The notes beneath the pieces are model-generated. The model saw only the letters and a list, made by a program, of their open reading frames with translations. It was not told the DNA's origin and searched no databases. From a virus, in the IMG/VR virus record IMGVR_UViG_3300020182_000010, positions 32,001 to 96,000 of that record: 64,000 nt of DNA. One strand, given 5' to 3'. Within the stretch, counting starts at the first letter, position 1; each line of letters opens with the position of its first letter. This document shows, piece after piece, positions 1 through 9,454 of the stretch. The position numbers and the translations under genes are program-made.

Positions 1-37
1 AATGTTGTGAAACTATTTGCGGTAACAACGGTATCGG

Positions 38-418
38 TCATTTTTTATAACTCTCTTTAAATTCAGTTCTATTTGTATTTGCGGTGCCTTCATACAACCA
101 ATAGACATTATCATTTATATCATTTATATCATGTACTTCAGTATAAAAATCATACATAAAAAATACCTTAGGAAATAATTTACTTAGTGGTGTAATAAAA
201 TCAATTAAATTAATAAGTTGGCAATTTGTTGTAAATTTCAATACATCATTACCGTTATCCCAAGTCATATCTTCAAAATTAAGTGTTGATTTATGCATTT
301 GTATCCACGTATTATCTATATGTTCATAAAATCTAGTGATTTCTAAATCGTCCCCATCTGCTGTAACACTATGATATACTTTAATAATATTTTCAATCTT
401 CGTCTGGGTCATCTTCAT
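38..418 (-). CDS. hypothetical phage protein
   Basis: 126 aa ORF co-oriented with and overlapping 393..641; no motif recognised. Confidence 0.6.
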   Translation of the reverse strand: MKMTQTKIENIIKVYHSVTADGDDLEITRFYEHIDNTWIQMHKSTLNFEDMTWDNGNDVLKFTTNCQLINLIDFITPLSKLFPKVFFMYDFYTEVHDINDINDNVYWLYEGTANTNRTEFKESYKK

Positions 419-641
419 CTTCTCCTACAACAAGGGATTCTGGCGTGCGATTGCTAATAATATCAAATCGCTGCCGTTCTAAACGCTCAGTCAATTCAAA
501 TTGCAACATTTCTAATATATTTTGCAATTGATTAACCGCATCTTCTAGACCCATTGAATGAGCTACGTTTATTTTTTTCAAAATATCACTCATTTTTGTG
601 TCTAGTTCCTCTTCGGAGAGACTCTTATACTCTTGAAACAT
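393..641 (-). CDS. hypothetical phage protein (helical, acidic tail)
   Basis: 82 aa; AAGGA RBS and TAAATA late-type promoter upstream (673-678). Confidence 0.7.
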   Translation of the reverse strand: MFQEYKSLSEEELDTKMSDILKKINVAHSMGLEDAVNQLQNILEMLQFELTERLERQRFDIISNRTPESLVVGEDEDDPDED

Positions 642-688
642 TATATTATTCCTTATGCCTCTTTCTTATAGTTATTTAGTATAAGAAT

Positions 689-1045
689 TTATTTTATGAA
701 TTGTTTTAATTCTGGTGCCTTCCAACCTTCTGGTTTTAATACCTTGCCGTCTTCACGTTTAATTACTTTGCCGGTATCTAGATTAATTTTAGCAAAGTTT
801 GTGTTCATTACTTCCTTCCACGCCGATTCTGCATCCCAGCCAGCAGCACGAATAGCACCAATGGTAACAACCAAAATATCAACTAATGCATCAAGTTGTT
901 CTACTTTGTCCTCAGCAACAACTGCATCTAATAATTCATTATACTCTTCATCAATTAATCCCAGATACATACGATAGTTTTCAGGTGATGATGGTTGGTC
1001 ACACGCTTCGGCAAATTTATTAATGTCTTCAAATACGTTTGTCAT
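689..1045 (-). CDS. MazG-like/PRA-PH family NTP pyrophosphohydrolase
   Basis: LIDEEYNEL...EQLDALVDIL acidic helices; NFAK...REDGKVLKPEGW tail. Confidence 0.85.
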   Translation of the reverse strand: MTNVFEDINKFAEACDQPSSPENYRMYLGLIDEEYNELLDAVVAEDKVEQLDALVDILVVTIGAIRAAGWDAESAWKEVMNTNFAKINLDTGKVIKREDGKVLKPEGWKAPELKQFIK

Positions 1046-1131
1046 TTTCTGCTACTTTCTTTTTGTATAATTATTACATTATACATTATTTTAACGGAGT
1101 ATGCAACTACTATTTTTCATTTTATTATAAT

Positions 1132-1266
1132 TCATTTTTTTAGAAATGATCTTGCTATAATTCCACTTTTTGTTATAATAACAATATTGTTATTTTCATC
1201 AAGTATTCGATAATATAATACTCTATGGCCTGTTTTTGTCCTATTTTCTTCTATTCGTTTCATCAT
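1132..1266 (-). CDS. small hypothetical protein (44 aa, not in the ORF track)
   Basis: hand-translated MMKRIEENRTKTGHRVLYYRIL...FLKK*, directly after putA. Confidence 0.5.
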   Translation of the reverse strand: MMKRIEENRTKTGHRVLYYRILDENNNIVIITKSGIIARSFLKK

Positions 1267-1279
1267 ATTATCTTCACCC

Positions 1280-4123
1280 TCATTTTGATAATAATACAGT
1301 ATTGCCTCCAATAGCAGTAGTATTAATACTCACGTGCTTCTCCCAAACATATGATTTTAAATAATTGGGGCCGCCAGCCTTGGGACCAGTGCCTGATAAT
1401 CCAATACCACCAAAAGGCTGTGTTTCTACAATTGCACCAATTTGATCTCTATTAATATAAATATTGCCAATATTAACATTGTTAATGATTTCTTCATAAA
1501 AAGATGCTATTCTGGAATGAATACTCATTGTTAACCCAAATTTTGTTGTATTGATATAGTCTATAATACTATCAAGTTCATCAACTTCATATTCATAAAC
1601 ATGTAGCAGAGGTCCAAATATTTCTTTATCAAAGTATTTTTTATAATCTGATACTAAATACGCACTTGGTGGAATTGTCAACGGCGGTAATTCAATACCA
1701 TTTCTTGATTTTGTTGCTATAAGTATTTCATTCTCTTCTAATACTGATATTCTATTTTGTATACTTCTAAAAGAATCACCGTCAATTACACGGGTGACAT
1801 CGGTATTTAAATCGTCACTGAATCCCATCTCTACAACACGAATAGCATTGGCCAACATTTTTAAAATATGATTAGAATTATCTTTTTGAACAAATAAAAA
1901 TCTTGTTGCACTACATCTTTGACCTGCACTATCAAATGCACCGAGTATAACATCCTTTACCAATTGTTCAGGTAAACATGTACTATCAGCAATCATACAA
2001 TTGATGCCGCCAGTCTCTGCAATAAACGGAATAATAGGTCCATCACGGTCAGCTAACACACGCTGAATACGCTTCGCAGTTTTATGTGAACCAGTAAATG
2101 TTATACCGTTAATTCGTTCATCTGCTACTGCAATCTCTGCATCTTCAGGATCACTAGGACATAATCTAATAGCATAGTCTGGTATTCCACATTCAAGCAT
2201 GCAACTGATTACAGTCTCGGCAACTCTAATTGTTTGTGGGGCAGATTTTGCTAGTACGGTATTACCAGTTAATAATGCTGCTATGATTGGTCCTACAAAA
2301 ATTGCAAGTGGAAAGTTCCACGGTGCAATAACCATCCACACTCCGTGTGGTTGATATGTAGTTGTATTACTTTCACCTGTATAACCTAATGTAATACCTT
2401 GATTATATAATGTTTCTGCTTGTTCTGCATAATATCTAATAAAATCTACGGCTTCACGAACTTCACTAATAGCATTAGAATATGTCTTATTTGCATTAAT
2501 AACTAGATTACTTGCGGCTTGTTCCATATGATCTTCTAAATGATTTGAATAATCAAGAACTAATTTCTTTCTTTCAGCAAACGTAGTTTTGCTCCATTCT
2601 TTTCTACCTTCGTCTAATATTGTAATACTATCATTCACTGATAATTGTGCAGGTACAATAAATTCGTAACTTTGTCTTCCTACTAGATTCTTAATCCACG
2701 CAGGATCAGTTAAATCATATCCACGACTATTTTTACGATCTGGATATAAATCTTTATATGTTGGTAGATTTTCTCGGTCTTTTTTCACTTCATTGAATGG
2801 ATCTACTAATTGTTGATTAAAAACAAAACTAGTGTTTGCTCCATTTTCTAATAATCTACGAACAAGATATGCAAGTAAATCTTTATATTCACCTACGGGC
2901 GCATACACTCTAACACTTGTATTGTATGTATTTCGTAGATATTCAAATAGTCCATTCCCCATACCATATAATTTTTGAAACTCAAATTCACCTCCTAGGG
3001 TTTCGTTGTAAAAGTATATGGCTGCCACGGTGAATGGATTATGTGTGGCATAAGCAGGTTTGATATACTTGGATAACATAATCTTTCTTGCACATGCTAG
3101 ATAACTTATGTCAGTATATTCCTTTCGTGTAAATACAGGATAGTGTAAGCCTTCTTGTTGTGCTATCTTTATTTCTGTATCCCAATATGCACCTTTGACT
3201 AAACGTATACATATTGATGTATTGAATTCTTCTGCAATATGTTCTAATGTTTCTATTGCCCAAAATGCACGTTTTTGATATGCTTGAACTGCGAATCCAA
3301 TTGTGTTATCTTTAAATTTATGTGTTGATAACAATTCTTCTAATACCATTATACTTATATCTAAACGCGATGCTTCCTCAGCATCAATAAACATTGTGGT
3401 GTTTTTATCTTCGCAAAGTCTGGCAATTGCCGCTAATTTTGGGACTAACTGATGTATTACATCAGCATGATTTCTTAACTCATATCTTGGATGAATAGCA
3501 CTTAGTTTAATACTAATGCTATCTTCAAAGTGTGCTGCAGCCTGTATATATTTTTCGTAGTATGCATTCGCATCTTCCCAATTTGTTGCTGCTTCGCCCA
3601 GCATATCAACTGAGTATGTGTATGATTTATCTACTGCAGTTTTTGCGGCTTCAATGGTTTCAGCCATTACAAATATATTACCCATTCTTTTAACAGATTC
3701 TTTAATAATCTTACGAACTGTGGGCCAACCCAATCTACTAATTAAATTATTATATGCTGCAAAACTCTGGGCATTAGTTAATACTTTGCCACACAAAGTT
3801 GCATAGAAACTATTTTGTGATAAAAGATTCCAATCAGCATTTGTTAGTTTTTCTTTAATTAATTTATCTTGTGTTTTTTTATCAGGTGTCCGTAGTAAAC
3901 ATTCACATAAAGTCATTAACGCAATGCCTTCATTGCCTGATAATTCATATGCAACCATAAGTTGATGTATCATACTAGATTCATTGAATGCAGAATTAAT
4001 TACATTTGATGTTTCTAATATTTCGGCACGGTCTTTTTTTGTAAGTCTTGCGGCAAGCATTAATTTTGGAATTAATTCTAGTTCATTCATTCTATAATAT
4101 ATATTGTGTTGATAAATTTTCAT
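1280..4123 (-). CDS. putA: bifunctional proline dehydrogenase / P5C (glutamate semialdehyde) dehydrogenase
   Basis: PRODH motifs DMLGE, SIKLSA, IDAEE, RLVKGAYWD, ATHN, EFQKLYGMG, YLVRRLLENGAN; ALDH motifs PWNFPL, FTGS, AETGG, SAGQRCSA, EIFGP, QPFGG. Confidence 0.95.
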   Translation of the reverse strand: MKIYQHNIYYRMNELELIPKLMLAARLTKKDRAEILETSNVINSAFNESSMIHQLMVAYELSGNEGIALMTLCECLLRTPDKKTQDKLIKEKLTNADWNLLSQNSFYATLCGKVLTNAQSFAAYNNLISRLGWPTVRKIIKESVKRMGNIFVMAETIEAAKTAVDKSYTYSVDMLGEAATNWEDANAYYEKYIQAAAHFEDSISIKLSAIHPRYELRNHADVIHQLVPKLAAIARLCEDKNTTMFIDAEEASRLDISIMVLEELLSTHKFKDNTIGFAVQAYQKRAFWAIETLEHIAEEFNTSICIRLVKGAYWDTEIKIAQQEGLHYPVFTRKEYTDISYLACARKIMLSKYIKPAYATHNPFTVAAIYFYNETLGGEFEFQKLYGMGNGLFEYLRNTYNTSVRVYAPVGEYKDLLAYLVRRLLENGANTSFVFNQQLVDPFNEVKKDRENLPTYKDLYPDRKNSRGYDLTDPAWIKNLVGRQSYEFIVPAQLSVNDSITILDEGRKEWSKTTFAERKKLVLDYSNHLEDHMEQAASNLVINANKTYSNAISEVREAVDFIRYYAEQAETLYNQGITLGYTGESNTTTYQPHGVWMVIAPWNFPLAIFVGPIIAALLTGNTVLAKSAPQTIRVAETVISCMLECGIPDYAIRLCPSDPEDAEIAVADERINGITFTGSHKTAKRIQRVLADRDGPIIPFIAETGGINCMIADSTCLPEQLVKDVILGAFDSAGQRCSATRFLFVQKDNSNHILKMLANAIRVVEMGFSDDLNTDVTRVIDGDSFRSIQNRISVLEENEILIATKSRNGIELPPLTIPPSAYLVSDYKKYFDKEIFGPLLHVYEYEVDELDSIIDYINTTKFGLTMSIHSRIASFYEEIINNVNIGNIYINRDQIGAIVETQPFGGIGLSGTGPKAGGPNYLKSYVWEKHVSINTTAIGGNTVLLSK

Positions 4124-4662
4124 AACCGTTTACTAGCCTTACTTCTTTTAAATAGTACCTTTTCAATATACCGATTATGGCGAAGTATGTCTAAATTTAT
4201 GTCAAACATCGCACGTATTTCGCCCATTGTTTTATTTTTATAAGGGTCAAAATCCACTTGATGTATATTCTTAGTTCGACGGGTCTTACCATAAATAATA
4301 CCCATATCAAACGCTATTAGTTCTCTTTCGCCAAATCGATATATTTTTGGAAATATATTCGATGCATAGTATTTATATAATGCAACATGCCAGTTTTTTA
4401 ATGACGTTGCGTTACCCATTGTGTAACCTATAACAAATGCTTCATCTTGATTTAATAATCCTCTGCCCAATAATGCGTGAATGCAATCGTGTGATTCTAA
4501 GCATATTGCGCCTGGTAAACTAAATGGTGATTTAGGATTTTCTATTATCTTTACATACCAACTTATGTCTATCGATTCACTACCCGGTAAAGTATTCAAT
4601 ACAGAAATGAGAGTGTCATTACCGTTTTCTATTCCAGGATTCCAATCACTGTAGTGTAACAT
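4120..4662 (-). CDS. Coq4-like metal-binding protein
   Basis: HDCIH-x11-E (HDxxH...E) motif; 4-nt overlap with the putA start. Confidence 0.55.
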   Translation of the reverse strand: MLHYSDWNPGIENGNDTLISVLNTLPGSESIDISWYVKIIENPKSPFSLPGAICLESHDCIHALLGRGLLNQDEAFVIGYTMGNATSLKNWHVALYKYYASNIFPKIYRFGERELIAFDMGIIYGKTRRTKNIHQVDFDPYKNKTMGEIRAMFDINLDILRHNRYIEKVLFKRSKASKRL

Positions 4663-4680
4663 AATAATATTTAGTCAGAA

Positions 4681-4782
4681 TAAAAAGAACCCGACTACCT
4701 AAGTAGCCGGGCCAAGTTTGCGAAGAGGACTATAGAGTGGATAATCCACCCTAAAGTACAGAGAAATCAATCTCTGCACTAG
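4681..4782 (-). ncRNA. candidate ~100-nt small RNA (three hairpins, intrinsic terminator)
   Basis: TAAATA at 4783-4788, then hairpins AGUGCAGAGA/UCUCUGUACU, UAGGGUGGA/UCCACUCUA and CCCGGCUAC/GUAGUCGGG followed by UUCUUUUU; no ORF. Confidence 0.6.
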
Positions 4783-4814
4783 TATTTAAAATAAAATGAT
4801 ATAAAGATAACTAT

Positions 4815-5159
4815 CTATAAAACTTTTTCTTGCAATAATGAATATATACACTCAATTACCTGTGTTGAAAACCCACCAACATGCCAGTCATATTCGCCCA
4901 ATGGGGTTGAAGGACATTTCCAATCATAAATTGTTGCTACAACAAATTCACGCATAAAACTTCCAGGAGCATCTTGTAATTCAACTTCAAATTCTAATGT
5001 CCACTCAACACTGACTTTGCCATCACCGGAATGGTCAGCACGATATGTTGGTTCACCAAAAGCAGCAACTATATCAGCATAAGTTGTTCTGACATATCCG
5101 CGTAGTCCAGTGCCATTGACGTTTACACTTGTATCATTTGTAACATTAATAATTTTCAT
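4815..5159 (-). CDS. hypothetical early phage protein
   Basis: 114 aa with ATIYDWK...WHVGG; AGGAG RBS. Confidence 0.75.
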   Translation of the reverse strand: MKIINVTNDTSVNVNGTGLRGYVRTTYADIVAAFGEPTYRADHSGDGKVSVEWTLEFEVELQDAPGSFMREFVVATIYDWKCPSTPLGEYDWHVGGFSTQVIECIYSLLQEKVL

Positions 5160-5302
5160 TGCACATCTCCTACGGTAAGATTTACTCGCTTTACACCGTT
5201 ACGCTTTCCAATATAAAAGAAAAACTTCTTTGCACTTTCATACGTTTTGAATTCTTTTGTCTTTTTAGGATAGTTGTAGTAGCCATATTCAACAGTAAAC
5301 AT
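5156..5302 (-). CDS. small hypothetical early protein (48 aa, not in the ORF track)
   Basis: MFTVEYGYYNYPKKTKEF...; GAGG RBS directly after the early promoter; ATGA overlap with the next gene. Confidence 0.65.
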   Translation of the reverse strand: MFTVEYGYYNYPKKTKEFKTYESAKKFFFYIGKRNGVKRVNLTVGDVQ

Positions 5303-5329
5303 ATTTATTTCCTCTCAACTTATACACTC

Positions 5330-5358
5330 TTTATATAGTGATTCGTTTAAGATGTCAA
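5330..5358 (-). promoter_or_regulatory. early sigma70 promoter with GANTC/YGAKTCG in the spacer
   Basis: TTGACA-tcttaaaCGAATCActa-TATAAA, 17-nt spacer. Confidence 0.85.
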
Positions 5359-5497
5359 GCACTAATTAAAATTTTATGACTTATAAATCATAGATAAATG
5401 AATAAGCAAAGAATTGGCATTGTAATCATTACACCTGTCAATGTAACATGTACAATCGACCAGAAAACCCTTTCCATTTCTAATCCTCTTCGAATTT

Positions 5498-6202
5498 TTA
5501 ATTGTTGTTGAAGTAATTTGCAGTATACTTCATTAACTGTTTTATTTGTTTTGAATCTTTAGGAAAGATATTTCTAAATCTCTGATATACAGGAAGTTCA
5601 TTTATAAACTTTTCTGGATTACGAATTGTTTCTTCTGGCGCATCTGTATCTCTAATTTCATCTGCTAAATCGTGCCCATATGCCATGAGTTCATGAGGAT
5701 CACGCAAATACATACGCATTAAATCTTGTTCTGTGCCGCCAGATTTTTTCTTCTCGACACCTTTCATATATCCACTACGATATGTCTTTAATACGTTTGG
5801 ATCAAATTTATCATATTGGTTCCAATGAATTGTTTCGTGAGCCAACATTTTCATAGCAATTTTTTTAAATGTTTCTGGTCCCCAACGGCCCTCTAAGTTT
5901 TTGGCGTGTAGAAATATTCTTACACTTTTGCCTTCTTTTGGATCCCAATCTGCTGCAGCACTAATCCATTCATCTGGATCTTTTCGTGGTGAATGGTCAG
6001 CAATAAAGTCGATAGGCAAATCATCGAAATTGTTAGCATTTAAAATCTCCTCAAGTTCATCAATATCATCACGGTCATCATTGTCAGCCAGATATTCTTG
6101 ATATTCTTTATTGGCTTCATCAATGATTTCTTCAACCTGAGAAAGAAAGTCTTCATCAGGTTGTAATCTGTTTTCTTGAATTATGATTTCATTTATTTTC
6201 AT
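5498..6202 (-). CDS. putative zinc metallopeptidase-motif protein, probable internal head protein
   Basis: AHETIH (HExxH) with a downstream PHELMA; likely start MKINEII at 6202, 5 nt after TAAATA. Confidence 0.6.
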   Translation of the reverse strand: MKINEIIIQENRLQPDEDFLSQVEEIIDEANKEYQEYLADNDDRDDIDELEEILNANNFDDLPIDFIADHSPRKDPDEWISAAADWDPKEGKSVRIFLHAKNLEGRWGPETFKKIAMKMLAHETIHWNQYDKFDPNVLKTYRSGYMKGVEKKKSGGTEQDLMRMYLRDPHELMAYGHDLADEIRDTDAPEETIRNPEKFINELPVYQRFRNIFPKDSKQIKQLMKYTANYFNNN

Positions 6203-6236
6203 GACAATATTTATCATTAATCCTAATAAATTATTA

Positions 6237-6575
6237 TTATTTCAAGTATAGTGGGCCAGTCCACTGAACTGTATAACCGCCATCAACGATATTTCCTCGA
6301 GCAGCATTACGTGCAGGAGCATTAAAACCTGCTGCTTTCAGAATATCACCACGCTTGAATTTCTTATCGTTGTCAGTGTTGACAATAAAACCCCAAACAC
6401 CATTATTGATAATCTTAATATATTTACTACCAGTCTTAACAGTAAGACGATTGTTAAACTCATTAATCATATTCTGAACATGTGTTTCAGCATCGGCAAA
6501 AGACTTACCACGAAGTAACCATTTAGCATAGTCTGCTTTGATTGTAGCGACAAGAGTATCAATTTGATTTTGCAT
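6237..6575 (-). CDS. hypothetical early phage protein
   Basis: GDILKAAGFNAPARN...WTGPLYL; follows an early promoter. Confidence 0.8.
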   Translation of the reverse strand: MQNQIDTLVATIKADYAKWLLRGKSFADAETHVQNMINEFNNRLTVKTGSKYIKIINNGVWGFIVNTDNDKKFKRGDILKAAGFNAPARNAARGNIVDGGYTVQWTGPLYLK

Positions 6576-6591
6576 TGTGTGATCCTTTGTT

Positions 6592-6635
6592 TCAATCTAT
6601 ACTTACTTTATATAGTGATTCGTTTAGAATGTCAA
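6592..6635 (-). promoter_or_regulatory. early promoter cassette (44-bp repeat) with GANTC/YGAKTCG
   Basis: TTGACAttctaaaCGAATCActaTATAAAgtaagtatagattga; identical to 6922-6965. Confidence 0.9.
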
Positions 6636-6642
6636 CCTTTTT

Positions 6643-6900
6643 TTATGATACCTCATAACCTAGTACAGTTTCTACATATCCATTGCCATACTCACCAGCA
6701 ATAGCCAATACGATCTGCTCACGTGGTTCAGTATCCATATTGTCAATCTTTGCTGCAGCACCATCGATATCATTCGAATTGATCATCCACTGTACGGCTT
6801 GGAAATCAGATAGATCATCCTCATATAGATTTGCAAGTGATGTACCTTGTGCCTCTACGAAGTAGCTAAAAGTTTCATCGATAAGTTTCTGAATAGACAT
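6643..6900 (-). CDS. hypothetical early protein
   Basis: 85 aa, flanked by two identical promoter cassettes. Confidence 0.75.
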   Translation of the reverse strand: MSIQKLIDETFSYFVEAQGTSLANLYEDDLSDFQAVQWMINSNDIDGAAAKIDNMDTEPREQIVLAIAGEYGNGYVETVLGYEVS

Positions 6901-6921
6901 AGAGGTTCTCTTTCTGTTTAA

Positions 6922-6965
6922 TCAATCTATACTTACTTTATATAGTGATTCGTTTAGAATGTCAA
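6922..6965 (-). promoter_or_regulatory. early promoter cassette (44-bp repeat) with GANTC/YGAKTCG
   Basis: exact copy of 6592-6635. Confidence 0.9.
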
Positions 6966-6967
6966 GT

Positions 6968-6998
6968 AAAAAGAGCGCCGAAGCGCCCTTTTATTTTT
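6968..6998 (-). terminator. intrinsic terminator
   Basis: aaaaag(a)gcgc-cgaa-gcgc(c)ctttt; UUCG loop on the minus strand, flanked by A/T runs. Confidence 0.8.
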
Positions 6999-7017
6999 TA
7001 ATCAATTGCATTTTTAC

Positions 7018-7581
7018 TCATTGCACTTCGAACAGTGTATCAATAGTAGAATGTTTTGCTTTGCCAGATTTACGTATGATATCTTTTCTTATTCTATCTT
7101 GAGTAATACGTAATCTAGGATACTTTCCAGTTTCTACAATAACACCATCAATAGTTTTGCCTGGTCTATCTAATGCAGCTCGAATTTTTCTTTCGAATAC
7201 ATCAGCAAACTCGCTTCTAAGGATGACTATCATATCTACAATTTCAATTACACCATCATATGCATCGTATGTTACAAAAATGAAATCACTATTAGTTTTT
7301 TGCTTCTTCGCTTCACTCCAGTTATCATAACTTTTAAGATCAGACGGTGTTAATCCAGTTATTGTGATATTTGCATCAGTATGTGTACTTTGTGATTTGA
7401 TTTCAATACAATGTTCTCCATTGATAATATCAGGACCTTCACCAGTATTATAACTATCTAATCCTAATACATTAAATACTACCCATTTTTCAATTTCATT
7501 GCCATACTTTCCATCACCGACGCCTTCAGCTTCCAGTACTGTGCCGATGTAGTTCTCTAGTTTAATATCAGTCAGTCTCAT
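7018..7581 (-). CDS. PD-(D/E)xK nuclease (restriction-endonuclease-like)
   Basis: EIEKW...GPDIING...IEIKS motif; own TTGACA-N17-TATAGT promoter at 7620-7648. Confidence 0.6.
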   Translation of the reverse strand: MRLTDIKLENYIGTVLEAEGVGDGKYGNEIEKWVVFNVLGLDSYNTGEGPDIINGEHCIEIKSQSTHTDANITITGLTPSDLKSYDNWSEAKKQKTNSDFIFVTYDAYDGVIEIVDMIVILRSEFADVFERKIRAALDRPGKTIDGVIVETGKYPRLRITQDRIRKDIIRKSGKAKHSTIDTLFEVQ

Positions 7582-7667
7582 TTTATTCCATCCATTACTC
7601 GTTATAATTATATAATTACACTATAGCATATTGTACTTTATTTGTCAATGCATTATATAAATCAGTT

Positions 7668-8177
7668 TTATGCGTAATTGTCAAGCCACTCTTTTGCTAA
7701 TTGAACTAACAGTGTGTTGTCTTCTATATCATTTGCAAAATCCATAATCGTAGCAATTCTTTCTACATCAGAGTTTGTATTATTTTTGTTTTCATTTAAT
7801 CTACGTGACCTAATTCGGAAGTTGTAAGGTGAATTATCACCTCCCTGTTCACGTGGTAAAATATGGTCTAAATTAGGCTCATGCATCTTATCGATTGGTT
7901 TTTGTTTGTTCTCTCCTGAACCCCAATCGTATTGATAAAAGATATTACCTACATAATATCCACGTGATTCTTCTAAATGAGTTTCAATGAACACCCAAGC
8001 CTGTTCTCTTGTCCACTTATAATCTTTTGCATACTTTCCTAGAATTTTTAACTTAAAGTATACATCTGGATCATATACATTTTCTACAAAGAATGCATAC
8101 AATTCTTTAGTATAATACGTAGATTCATCAAATCCAGTATATGGAATACGAGAAGAAATCTGGGAGTTCATTGACAT
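7668..8177 (-). CDS. HNH nuclease domain protein
   Basis: NLDHILPREQGG-DNSPYN...LNENK. Confidence 0.75.
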   Translation of the reverse strand: MSMNSQISSRIPYTGFDESTYYTKELYAFFVENVYDPDVYFKLKILGKYAKDYKWTREQAWVFIETHLEESRGYYVGNIFYQYDWGSGENKQKPIDKMHEPNLDHILPREQGGDNSPYNFRIRSRRLNENKNNTNSDVERIATIMDFANDIEDNTLLVQLAKEWLDNYA

Positions 8178-8178
8178 C

Positions 8179-9435
8179 TTATGCTGCCTTCTGGTCTTTA
8201 AATATTGGCATTACTGTAAAACTAGGCATTGCCTGTTCTGCAATATCGACACCTTTTACCTTGATAGATTCCCATTCAAGATTTGGACTAGTCACCCGAA
8301 CCCATTTCAATACGCCTGCAGCCCAGCGAGTTTGCAGGTCGCACAATGCATCTGACATTAATGGTGTATCACTATCGTCATTGAATGGGCCGTTGATACA
8401 AGCACGATTTGCATCTTTATAAAAACCAGTCTTATCCTTTTTTGGACACCAACGCTCAAGTGCCTCTTCGATTGCCATATCCATTACAAATTCATCAATT
8501 GAACTTGCTTGTTGAGACTTTAAAAAGTGACATACCATTTCAATCATCTGCTGTGGAATACGGTTGCGAACATTTACTGTCTGTGACGCAACAATAGATA
8601 CTGCCCGTGTAAAGATTTCAGCACCATAGCGTTCATAGTCTCGCAATGCATTAGCAATACCAGTACAAGTACGAGGTAAATTTTCTCCACCCTTCTCTAC
8701 AAACGTAATACCATACGATACTTCAACAATCTGATGAACGGCATGCGCATTTTTTACTAACGGTCCAAGATTATCAATATCTAAGTCTTCTGATTGTCGT
8801 GTCAAGTACTGTTGTACTCGGTTGCGGTACTTGTCAAACTCACTTGCTACAAGGCTTCCAATGTTTACACAGCCGTACTGTTCAACATCAACACTCAGGC
8901 TTTCAGACTGTTCAAATTCAACTGGAATGTACCGAACCCCCAAAATAATAGACGCAACGTTACGATGCTGTGCATCATTCATATAGAAACGATCCTCTAC
9001 AACCGAATAACGTGCTAATCCATTAAGTACCTTCTTTGGTTCATATACGAACAGAATATCTTCTAACAAGTGGCGTAGCATAATACCACGCTGAACTGCG
9101 TTGTTCTTGTACATCTTATCAGTTGACTTATACATTTCACGAGGACGTTCAAGTCCCATCGTCATAAGAGCAGTTTCTTCCTGCCAATTCAAATCAATGC
9201 CTAACAGGGCCTTAGACTGCTTTAATACCTTCAATACTTTGTTAACAACATAATAAAGTGAAGGGAATGGTCCCAAGTCGTCGGTAGAGATATATTCTGG
9301 GACAGACTTAATAATTTTTTGCTTTTCATCATATGACACTTCTGAAATTGGACGGCGTTCGCCTACTGGTCCAAAAATCATCGCTAAATCATTTCCCCAG
9401 AGTTGCTTGGGATCTTGTGCAAATGGTACAGACAT
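8179..9435 (-). CDS. ParB/Srx-like (DGQHR-type) domain protein
   Basis: VQR...MNDAQHR motif; true start probably MSVPFAQ at 9435 (GAGGA RBS, downstream of the promoter). Confidence 0.6.
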   Translation of the reverse strand: MSVPFAQDPKQLWGNDLAMIFGPVGERRPISEVSYDEKQKIIKSVPEYISTDDLGPFPSLYYVVNKVLKVLKQSKALLGIDLNWQEETALMTMGLERPREMYKSTDKMYKNNAVQRGIMLRHLLEDILFVYEPKKVLNGLARYSVVEDRFYMNDAQHRNVASIILGVRYIPVEFEQSESLSVDVEQYGCVNIGSLVASEFDKYRNRVQQYLTRQSEDLDIDNLGPLVKNAHAVHQIVEVSYGITFVEKGGENLPRTCTGIANALRDYERYGAEIFTRAVSIVASQTVNVRNRIPQQMIEMVCHFLKSQQASSIDEFVMDMAIEEALERWCPKKDKTGFYKDANRACINGPFNDDSDTPLMSDALCDLQTRWAAGVLKWVRVTSPNLEWESIKVKGVDIAEQAMPSFTVMPIFKDQKAA

Positions 9436-9454
9436 AGTATTATTCCTCTTCTCT

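Noticed and set aside
7668-8177. HNH protein as a homing endonuclease or intron
   Set aside because: It does not interrupt a gene and is tightly coupled to the upstream ParB-like ORF.
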